A DNA stretch of 64,000 bases from an uncultured Actinomycetes bacterium (GTDB lineage: Bacteria; Actinomycetota; Thermoleophilia; RBG-16-64-13). A program made the position numbers and the translations under genes. The notes under the pieces are model-generated. The model saw nothing but the letters and a program-made list of their open reading frames with translations, was not told where the DNA came from and made no database searches. The stretch is taken from assembly GCA_947085635.1 (NCBI GenBank), contig CAMTXC010000002.1, positions 140,724 through 204,723 of the forward strand, given 5' to 3'. How positions within the stretch are numbered: the stretch's first letter is position 1; the number at the start of each line of letters is the position of its first letter. Below, in pieces: positions 43,163-50,856 of the stretch.

Positions 43163-44487
43163 CTGTCGCCCCCCGGCGATCTCAACCCGTCTATCGTAGC
43201 AGCGAACCCAGGGAACGACACGTCGATGCACGCTACGTCGTCCACGTGCACCCCCTCGCTCGAGGCAAGGCCCGCCGTAGCTCCCACCATCGCAAGTCGA
43301 TGGTCGCCACGGGCGCGGATCGCGGCGCCCGTCCACCCTTCAGGGCGGCCGACGATATCAAGGCCGTCTTCATACTCGGTCACCCCCACTCCGAGGCCCC
43401 TCAGGACTTCGGCGACCGCCGCCAAGCGGTCGCTCTCCTTCACCCGCAGCTCCGCCGCTCCGCGAAGGCGCGACGTGCCGCTCGCCCTGGCCGCGGCAAG
43501 GGCCCATACCGGCAGTTCGTCGATCAGCAGGGGTACTTCCTCAGGAGTCACATCCGTAGCCGACAGCGCACGATGCTCCGCGTGGATGGCGCCCGTCGGC
43601 TCGGGGGCTCCAGCGTCGTCGGGCCGGACCGACAGCCCCGCCCCCATCCTGTTGAGCACGGCGAGCAGGCCATTCCTCGTGGGGTTCAGGCCCACCTTCT
43701 CCACAGTCACTGCCGAACCCGGGACGATAAGGGCGGCCACGATCAAGAACGCCGCCGAACTGAGGTCGCCGGGCACCGTGATCTCGCTGAAGCTGAGGGC
43801 TTCGACCGGCTCGACGGTGATCCGCACCGAGCCGCCGGGCTCGGCGATCCGTTGGATGCGCGCACCGCCTGAGCGGAGCAGTCGCTCCGTGTGGTCTCGA
43901 GAAACGCCCGGCTCCACCACCAGCGTGGCGCCCGCCGCCCTCAGACCCGCCAGGAGCAGGCACGATTTCACCTGTGCGGAAGCCACCGGCAGGTGGTGCT
44001 CGCAGGCGCGGAGAGGTCCGCCGACGATACCCACAGGAGGTAAGGTGTTCCCCATGCGACCCCACACCCGGGCCCCCATCGCCTCGAGCGGCTGCAACAC
44101 GCGCGACATGGGCCGACGACGGATGCTCGCGTCCCCCGTGAGCACAGTGAGGAACGGCGACGCGGCCACTAACCCAGGCAGCAGGCGCATCAGCGTGCCC
44201 GCGTTCCGAACATCGATCACGTCCTCCGGCTCGCGCAGGCCGTCCCAGCCGCCCCCATGCACGACCACACGCCCCGATTCGGCGATCTCGACGGAGACTC
44301 CGAGTGCGCGCACCGCTTCCACGGTCGCCAGAGTGTCCGCCGACCGGAGGAAGCCGTTCACCACCACCGATCCATCCGAGACCGCCGCGAAGAGGATGGA
44401 CCGATGCGAGATCGACTTGTCGCCGGGCACCTCGACGATGCCCCGGAGCCCTTCAACAGCCGGTGGGAAGAAGCTACCGAAGCTCAT
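43159..44487 (-). CDS. aroA: 3-phosphoshikimate 1-carboxyvinyltransferase (EPSP synthase)
   Basis: VPGDKSISHRSILFAA, NAGTLMRLL, GDASIRRRPM, KESDRL, DHRLAM. Confidence 0.92.
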   Translation of the reverse strand: MSFGSFFPPAVEGLRGIVEVPGDKSISHRSILFAAVSDGSVVVNGFLRSADTLATVEAVRALGVSVEIAESGRVVVHGGGWDGLREPEDVIDVRNAGTLMRLLPGLVAASPFLTVLTGDASIRRRPMSRVLQPLEAMGARVWGRMGNTLPPVGIVGGPLRACEHHLPVASAQVKSCLLLAGLRAAGATLVVEPGVSRDHTERLLRSGGARIQRIAEPGGSVRITVEPVEALSFSEITVPGDLSSAAFLIVAALIVPGSAVTVEKVGLNPTRNGLLAVLNRMGAGLSVRPDDAGAPEPTGAIHAEHRALSATDVTPEEVPLLIDELPVWALAAARASGTSRLRGAAELRVKESDRLAAVAEVLRGLGVGVTEYEDGLDIVGRPEGWTGAAIRARGDHRLAMVGATAGLASSEGVHVDDVACIDVSFPGFAATIDGLRSPGGDR

Positions 44488-45620
44488 CCTGCGGGCGTTC
44501 CCACGAAGGAGACGACGGCCGGATAGCCGAGCGCTTCAGCAAGCGAGCACGCCGACGCGGCCTCTTCTTCCCCGTTCACGAACAGTACAAGGTCTCCGCC
44601 CACGGCTCGGCTGAAATGGTGCAGGGTCAGGTCCTCGATGTTGATGTTGGCGTTGCCGAGAGATGTCATGACCCGCGACAGCACGCCGGGCTCGTCGGGG
44701 ATCCGAACTGTCACGCGGTACAGCGTATCGAGGACGATGTCCTCGTGCTGGAGTAGTTCCCGGCGATAGGAGGCCGCCGTGTTGATACCCCGAAGCACCG
44801 CCTCTTCGTCGCCGTCGCGCAGATACTCACAGAGCATCATGATGTCGGCGGCGACGCTCTTCAGTGCCAGGATCAGTGCTTCTCGATTGTCGAAGAAGAT
44901 GTCGCGCCACATCGGCGGGTTCGCGCCGGCCACCCGCGTGAGGTCCTTGAAGCTCGGGCCCACAGAGAACATCGCCCGGCGCCCGGACGCCTCGAATCCC
45001 CCCACTTCGCTCATAAGGACGTTCGCGAGCACGTGGGGCACGTGGCTCACCAGAGCCATGATCCGGTCGTGGGCATCGGCGCCCAAGGCGATGGGACGAG
45101 CACCCAGTGAGGCCACGAACGCATGCAACCCCTCGTGGAGCTCCGCCGGTGAATCGTCGGATGGGCACAGGAAGTAGATGGCTCGGTCGAACAGGTCGGC
45201 GCGCGCGAAACGCACGCCGCTGGTCTCGGCTCCGCAGATAGGGTGCCCTGCGATGAAGCGGGCGCGGGCACCGCTCGAGAGCCCCGAGACCAGCGCGCTC
45301 TTGGTGCTCCCGATGTCGGTGATCAAGCGCGGCGGCGGTTGGGCGCCTGCCGCCTCCTCTACCAGGGCGGGAATACTTCGGACCGGTGTGCACACCACGA
45401 CAAGATCGGCGCCGGCAGCCGCTTCCGCGACGGAGGCGCAGCGCCGGGTGATCACTCCGGCCGCCAGAGCCTCGTCCAACGCGCGCGGATCGGCGTCGTA
45501 TCCCCGCACTTCGGGAACGTCCGCCCTTCTCCGTGCCGCAAGAGCGAGGCTTCCCCCCATCATCCCGACGCCGAGAAGAGCGAGAGTCTGGACGGACAGT
45601 GTCTCGCTGGTGGGCGCCAA
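44484..45620 (-). CDS. tyrA: Prephenate dehydrogenase with a C-terminal ACT domain
   Basis: LLGVGMMGGSLA Rossmann motif, GHPICG, and a C-terminal ACT-like region (VRIPDEPGVLSRVMTSLGNANINIEDL). Confidence 0.85.
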   Translation of the reverse strand: MAPTSETLSVQTLALLGVGMMGGSLALAARRRADVPEVRGYDADPRALDEALAAGVITRRCASVAEAAAGADLVVVCTPVRSIPALVEEAAGAQPPPRLITDIGSTKSALVSGLSSGARARFIAGHPICGAETSGVRFARADLFDRAIYFLCPSDDSPAELHEGLHAFVASLGARPIALGADAHDRIMALVSHVPHVLANVLMSEVGGFEASGRRAMFSVGPSFKDLTRVAGANPPMWRDIFFDNREALILALKSVAADIMMLCEYLRDGDEEAVLRGINTAASYRRELLQHEDIVLDTLYRVTVRIPDEPGVLSRVMTSLGNANINIEDLTLHHFSRAVGGDLVLFVNGEEEAASACSLAEALGYPAVVSFVGTPAG

Positions 45621-45623
45621 CCT

Positions 45624-46670
45624 CTAGCCCACTGTCTTCCCGAACCAGTGGATCAATTCCGCGATACGCTTGGCGGTGCGCGCGAACTCGCGCGGATTGA
45701 GCGACTGTCCGCCGTCGCAGAGTGCCGCCTCCGGGGCGGGATGCGCTTCGATCATGACGCCGTCGGCGCCGGCGGCGATCGCCGCCAAGGAGAGCGGCTC
45801 GATAAGGTCCACCTTCCCCGTGGCATGGCTGGGGTCGACGATCACAGGCAAGTGAGACCGTTGCTTGATGATGGGGACCGCGGAAAGGTCGAGGGTGTTG
45901 CGGGTGGCGGTCTCGAACGTCCTGATGCCCCTCTCGCAGAGGATCACGCGGTTGTTGCCCTCTTTCACGATGTACTCGGCCGCCATGAGTAGCTCGTCCA
46001 CCGTCGCCGAGAGGCCACGCTTGAGCAGCACGGGCTTCTCGACCTGACCCACCGCCGAAAGGAGATAGAAGTTCTGCATGTTTCGGGCGCCTATCTGGAT
46101 GACGTCGGCGTACTCCGCCAGGGCGTCGAGATGCCGGGGATCCATAAGCTCGGTGACCACGGGAAGGCCTGTGCGTTCGCGCGCCTCCGCGAGGATCTCG
46201 AGCGCTTCCACACCCAGCCCTTGGAACGCATAGGGCGACGTGCGCGGCTTGTACGCCCCGCCCCGCAGCATCGAGGCGCCGGCTTCCTTCATGGAGTCGG
46301 CCGCCGAGAGAAGTTGCTCTCTGCTCTCAACGGAGCACGGTCCGGCGATCAAGGCCACGTGGCCACCGCCGATCTTGGTGCCTCCCACCTCGATGACGGT
46401 ATCGCTGGTGCGGAACTCGCGACTCACGAGCTTATACGGACGCAGGATCGGCAGGATCTTCTCGACCCCGGGGTATGCTTCCAACGGGATGCCGGCGATC
46501 ACCTCGCGGTCACCCATGACGCCGATCACCGTGATCGTGTCTCCCGTGGAGACGTGGCCCCGCGCCCCGGCTTCCGCCAGCCGTTCGAGCACGTGCTCCA
46601 CCTCCACCGGAGTCGTGCCTTCCCGCATGACGATCATGATCTCGATGCTGCCGCCTTCGAAAAGGCTCAT
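45624..46670 (-). CDS. aroF: 3-deoxy-7-phosphoheptulonate (DAHP) synthase, type I-beta, with an N-terminal ferredoxin-like regulatory domain
   Basis: Core [32 protein letters not shown]. The N-terminal ~75 aa form an ACT/FL-like domain, as in Thermotoga-type enzymes. Confidence 0.85.
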   Translation of the reverse strand: MSLFEGGSIEIMIVMREGTTPVEVEHVLERLAEAGARGHVSTGDTITVIGVMGDREVIAGIPLEAYPGVEKILPILRPYKLVSREFRTSDTVIEVGGTKIGGGHVALIAGPCSVESREQLLSAADSMKEAGASMLRGGAYKPRTSPYAFQGLGVEALEILAEARERTGLPVVTELMDPRHLDALAEYADVIQIGARNMQNFYLLSAVGQVEKPVLLKRGLSATVDELLMAAEYIVKEGNNRVILCERGIRTFETATRNTLDLSAVPIIKQRSHLPVIVDPSHATGKVDLIEPLSLAAIAAGADGVMIEAHPAPEAALCDGGQSLNPREFARTAKRIAELIHWFGKTVG

Positions 46671-47779
46671 GTGGATCCCTCCTCACCTACCAGGTCGCTG
46701 AGCGCGCTCAGGAACAGGTCGTTCTCCTCGTTCGTGCCAACTGTCGCTCGAACCCAACCGGGGTAACCGATCCCCCATCCCGATCGCACCAGCACACCTC
46801 GCTCGAGCAGCGCGTTCGGCACCTCAGCGGCAGCTGTGGGCAGCCCCTCTACCCCCACGAGCATGAAGTTCGCCTCGGAAGGCACCCAAGGCCGGCGGAG
46901 CGCTGTGAGCATCTCGCCGATGCGGACCCGCTCCCCGGCCACGTGATCTCGCCGTTCCGCGACCCGCTCGGGGTGGCGCAGCGCCTCCAACGCCGCCACC
47001 TGGGCAAGGGTCGACACATTGTACGGCTGCCGCACTTTGTCGATGGCGTCGATGACACTCGGATGCGCGACGCCGTAGCCGATGCGAAGGCCGGCCAGTC
47101 CGTAGATTTTGGAGAACGTCCTCAGGATCACCAGGTTCTCGTAGTCCTGCAGCCACGGCACGGTATCCTCGAGATCGGGGCGGGTTGCGTACTCTGTGTA
47201 GGCCTCGTCGAACACCACCAGCGTCTCCGAAGGGACCGCCGCCATCAGGTCACGTAGCGCGGCCGGACCCACACAGGTGCCACTAGGGTTGTTTGGTTCG
47301 CATACTATAAGCAGGCGGGTGTCCTCGCGCACCGCCCGCTTCATGGCATCCAGGTCGTGCCGGTGGTCGCGGAGGGGGACGGCATCGAACTCGGCCTGCC
47401 GAACCAGGGCGATGCTCTCGTACACGACGAAGGAGGGGTCGGCGTACACCATGTGCGTCCCAGGGCCCAGCACCGCTTCGCCGAGCAGCATGAGAAGGTC
47501 GCACGACCCGTTCCCGAACATCATGGCCCCTGGCGCGACGCCCAGCCTGTCGGAGAGAGAGATCCTCAGCTCATCGCAGTCACCGGACGGGTATCGGTTG
47601 AGCACGCTCAGGGACGCCGTCAGCGCCTCCACCACCTCCGGGAAGGGTCCGTCGGCACACTCGTTCGCCCCAAGCTCGGCCACTCGATCGAGCCCATATC
47701 GCCGGCGAATATCGGACATCGCTGGACCGGCCTTGTACGGCACCAGCCCCTCCAGAGCCTTGTTGAACTTCGCGCTCAA
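46667..47779 (-). CDS. hisC: Histidinol-phosphate / aromatic aminotransferase (class II)
   Basis: [30 protein letters not shown] (PLP lysine). It is embedded in an aromatic amino-acid gene run, as with hisC in the Bacillus aro supraoperon. Confidence 0.8.
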   Translation of the reverse strand: MSAKFNKALEGLVPYKAGPAMSDIRRRYGLDRVAELGANECADGPFPEVVEALTASLSVLNRYPSGDCDELRISLSDRLGVAPGAMMFGNGSCDLLMLLGEAVLGPGTHMVYADPSFVVYESIALVRQAEFDAVPLRDHRHDLDAMKRAVREDTRLLIVCEPNNPSGTCVGPAALRDLMAAVPSETLVVFDEAYTEYATRPDLEDTVPWLQDYENLVILRTFSKIYGLAGLRIGYGVAHPSVIDAIDKVRQPYNVSTLAQVAALEALRHPERVAERRDHVAGERVRIGEMLTALRRPWVPSEANFMLVGVEGLPTAAAEVPNALLERGVLVRSGWGIGYPGWVRATVGTNEENDLFLSALSDLVGEEGST

Positions 47780-48519
47780 GCCTCGTTCCCTTTCGCATGC
47801 GGGTCGTCGCCCCCGTAGACTGCCCGCTTCAGCTTCTCGATCTCAGGCCGTCGAAGACGTCGCACCGCACCGACGGCCATCCCGTCATCGGTGAGGGGCC
47901 CGAATCGCCCGCGATGAAGGCTCACCACGGGGTGCCCCACGGCTTCCAACATGCGTCTGACCTGTCGATTGCGGCCCTCGTGCAGAGTCAGACGCAGGAC
48001 GCTGTTCCGCCCGATTGAGACGATATGGACGTCGGCCGGCGCGGTGACGCCGTCCTCCAATTCTACTCCCTCCGATAACCGCCGAGCCGTCGCCTGCGTC
48101 ATCCGTCCCTGCGCGATGACCTCGTACTCCTTCTCGACTCCGTACGACGGGTGCAGAAGACGGTGGGGGAGAGCGCCGTCGTTAGTGATCAGGAGCAGGC
48201 CCGTGGTCGCCGCGTCCAGGCGACCCACCGGAAACACGCGCGTTTCCGTAGGCACGCAGTCTACCACCGTTCGCCGCCCTTGGGGGTCGTCAGCCGTGGA
48301 CACGACGCCGGCGGGCTTGTTCAGGAGCCAGTACTCGGCCACCTCGATCACGATCTCGCGCTTGTCCACGGTGACCGTCTGGGCGATGGGATCGACAGAC
48401 ATGCCCAGCGTGGCCGGCACGCCATCCACGGCCACACGCCCGGCGCGAATCAGCTCCTCACACGACCTTCGCGAGCCGAAGCCCGCCGAGGCCAGTACCC
48501 GCTGGAGGCGCTCGCTCAT
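47776..48519 (-). CDS. rluB: Pseudouridine synthase, RsuA/RluB family
   Basis: S4 domain (RLQRVLASAGFGSRRSCEELIRAGRV.VDG), catalytic GRLDAATTGLLLITNDG, REY-type motif (EKEYEV). Confidence 0.85.
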   Translation of the reverse strand: MSERLQRVLASAGFGSRRSCEELIRAGRVAVDGVPATLGMSVDPIAQTVTVDKREIVIEVAEYWLLNKPAGVVSTADDPQGRRTVVDCVPTETRVFPVGRLDAATTGLLLITNDGALPHRLLHPSYGVEKEYEVIAQGRMTQATARRLSEGVELEDGVTAPADVHIVSIGRNSVLRLTLHEGRNRQVRRMLEAVGHPVVSLHRGRFGPLTDDGMAVGAVRRLRRPEIEKLKRAVYGGDDPHAKGNEA

Positions 48520-49238
48520 TCAGGCGCAACCGCGACGCCCAGCCGCCTCCTGAGTTCCTCTCGCTGTTCCTCGCCCACTTCGAACTGCGCAAGGGGGGGC
48601 AACCGGTCGAGTCCGGGAAGGTCGAAGGCGATCAGGAATCGCTCCGTGGTGCCGTACAACACGGCCGCGCCGGGTCCATCGCGGCGACCCACTTCCTGTA
48701 CCATCTCCCGGTCGAGCAGGGTGTGGAGCGCTGAGTCGGAGTTCACGCCGCGGATCTCGGCGATCTCGGGGCGAGACACCGGCTGCAGGTAGGCCACGAT
48801 CGCCAGCGTCTCTAACGCGGCGGGCGACAAGCGGGGGTCCTCGGACACGTCGAAGAGGCGGGAGAGCGCGGCTTCGGCAACCGCGTTCGTACGGAAGAGC
48901 CAGCCGCCTGCCACGCAGGCCAGCTCGAATCCGCGGAGACCGCCCACAGCATACTCCTTTTGCAGCGCCTCCAGGCACTCCACGACCGCTCCCGCCGATA
49001 CGGGCTCAGCGTACGACACGGCCACCGCGAGCCTCTCTACCGATAGCGAGCGCCCCGAGGCGAAGAGCACCGCCTCAACATCGCGCCGAACGCGAAGCCG
49101 GTCGCCCAGGTGTGGCGGCACGGCCGAGTGCGACTGAGGGTCGGGCGATGTGTCGATAGGCCCAGAGGTGGGGTCCACCACGCGCGCCTCCCTAGGCGAT
49201 GCGGCGGGCACGCGCTGCCGCCACCGTGATGTCGCCAA
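48516..49238 (-). CDS. scpB: Segregation and condensation protein B
   Basis: VEAVLFASGRSLSVERLA ..., PEIAEIRGVNSDSALHTLLDREMV, LYGTTERFL. The start is uncertain (ATG 49238 overlapping scpA, or GTG 49181/49178). Confidence 0.8.
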   Translation of the reverse strand: MATSRWRQRVPAASPREARVVDPTSGPIDTSPDPQSHSAVPPHLGDRLRVRRDVEAVLFASGRSLSVERLAVAVSYAEPVSAGAVVECLEALQKEYAVGGLRGFELACVAGGWLFRTNAVAEAALSRLFDVSEDPRLSPAALETLAIVAYLQPVSRPEIAEIRGVNSDSALHTLLDREMVQEVGRRDGPGAAVLYGTTERFLIAFDLPGLDRLPPLAQFEVGEEQREELRRRLGVAVAPE

Positions 49239-49926
49239 AATGATCGCGCTGGACCACCCGCACGTCTCCTCGGGCCATAAGGCCCAGAAGGGCGAGTAGG
49301 CTTACGGCCTGCACCATGGGGTCATCCGCGCCGAACTCCTCTTCGAAGGAGAACGTCCCGCGGCTCCGCAGCATCCGGCGGATGGCGGCGATCTGGCGGT
49401 TCAAGCCGACACGAAGAGCCGCCACGTGACTCGTGTCGGGCGGCCTTCGGACTTCGACGAGCCTCTCGAGCGCGATCGTCAAGGCTCTGGGCTGCTGACT
49501 CCCCGCGATGTCCGCCGGCGTGGCCAAGACACGACGAGACTCGCGGCACGGCCGGCGCACGATCCTTCCGCGCTGAGCTTCCCGTATCTGAGCGAACGCC
49601 GCCGCGGCCATCTTGAAGCGACGATAGGCGACCAGCCGGGCGAGCAGCATCTCGCGGGACATCTCGAGATCCTGGTCTTCCTCTCCCGCCCGCTCCTCGG
49701 GTAGCAGCACGCGGGACTTCAACTCCAACAACGAACTGATCAACACCAGGAACTCGGTGAGGCCTTCCCAATCCGCCGGCTCTTCCTCAGCCAGGCCCTC
49801 CACGTAGGCGAGGATCACCTCCACGATGGGCACTTCGAAGATGTCCACTTCCTCGCGCAGGATCAGAGTGAAGAGGAGATCGAAGGGGCCTTGATAGACC
49901 TCCAGGTCGAGGTCGAGGAGCCTCAT
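49192..49926 (-). CDS. scpA: Segregation and condensation protein A
   Basis: LEVYQGPFDLLFTLILREEVDIFEVPI, a kleisin-like N-terminus and winged-helix C-terminus. Synteny with scpB. Confidence 0.85.
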   Translation of the reverse strand: MRLLDLDLEVYQGPFDLLFTLILREEVDIFEVPIVEVILAYVEGLAEEEPADWEGLTEFLVLISSLLELKSRVLLPEERAGEEDQDLEMSREMLLARLVAYRRFKMAAAAFAQIREAQRGRIVRRPCRESRRVLATPADIAGSQQPRALTIALERLVEVRRPPDTSHVAALRVGLNRQIAAIRRMLRSRGTFSFEEEFGADDPMVQAVSLLALLGLMARGDVRVVQRDHFGDITVAAARARRIA

Positions 49927-50066
49927 GACCGGTGGCGGGACTCGGCGCCCAGTGGGCGCCCGAGGACCGACTGCGAGCGGGCGTTAGCGATCATAGTCGG
50001 GATACCATGATACGTGACCGATGCAGCGAAGGCAAAGGCGGATTCGTAACATGGCCGGAACTGGGA

Positions 50067-50165
50067 CCTTGTGGCTGCGGCCTTGTGGCGGCCATCCCGA
50101 CGGCCCGCCTTCGCGCCACCGTGGGAGACCGCTCGCGCGCCACCATTCGAGACCGCTCGCGCGGC
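50067..50165. repeat. Short imperfect tandem repeats in the scpA-upstream intergenic region
   Basis: CCTTGTGGCTGCGG / CCTTGTGGCGGCC (50067-50093), and about 2.5 copies of TCGCG(CG)CCACC-nnn-GAGACCGC (50111-50165). Confidence 0.6.
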
Positions 50166-50168
50166 GCC

Positions 50169-50819
50169 TCAGAAGTACGCGGGCAGGAGCACCCGGCTGA
50201 TCAGCTCGAAGGCTCCTCCGAGGACTGTGTGGAACGGCCCGGGGAGCACGAAGAAGATCGCCATGATGATCATGATCCCGTAGCGGTCGAGACCAGACCA
50301 ACGCTCGTACATGTCGCGAGACATGAAGCCGGCGATCACCCGAGAGCCGTCGAGGGGTGGGATGGGAATGAGGTTGAAGATCCCCAGCACGATGTTCACC
50401 CGGTACGCCAAGAAGAGAGCCTCGAACAATGTAGAGCCTCCACTTATCGCGGCGATAGTCGAAGAGGCCGGGGCGAGCGCGTTGAGTAGCGCGGCGATCA
50501 TGATGGCAATGATGAAGTTGGTCATCGGCCCGGCGAGCCCCACGATCATCATGCCGCGCTGATGGTCTTTGAAATACCAGGGGTTCACGGGCACCGGCTT
50601 CGCCCACCCGAAGATGAAACCACCCCACAAGTAGGTGATCACGAACATGAAGGTGCCGAGAGGATCGAGGTGCTTCAGCGGATTGGCTGTGAGCCGCCCG
50701 TGCTCCTTGGCTGTAGGGTCGCCCAGACGGTTGGCCACGGCGCCGTGAGCGAGTTCGTGGGCGGCCATCGAGATGAGCAGTATCGGGAGAAGGAAAATGA
50801 GACCTACGATGCCGGACAT
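50169..50819 (-). CDS. Site-2 protease family (M50) membrane metalloprotease
   Basis: HELAHG zinc motif, NLIPIPPLDG motif, multi-TM. I chose ATG 50819; the track start at 50921 overlaps the upstream gene. Confidence 0.8.
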   Translation of the reverse strand: MSGIVGLIFLLPILLISMAAHELAHGAVANRLGDPTAKEHGRLTANPLKHLDPLGTFMFVITYLWGGFIFGWAKPVPVNPWYFKDHQRGMMIVGLAGPMTNFIIAIMIAALLNALAPASSTIAAISGGSTLFEALFLAYRVNIVLGIFNLIPIPPLDGSRVIAGFMSRDMYERWSGLDRYGIMIIMAIFFVLPGPFHTVLGGAFELISRVLLPAYF

Positions 50820-50856
50820 CAGGCGCACTTCCGGGGACGTGGTCGCGGGCTCCGGT

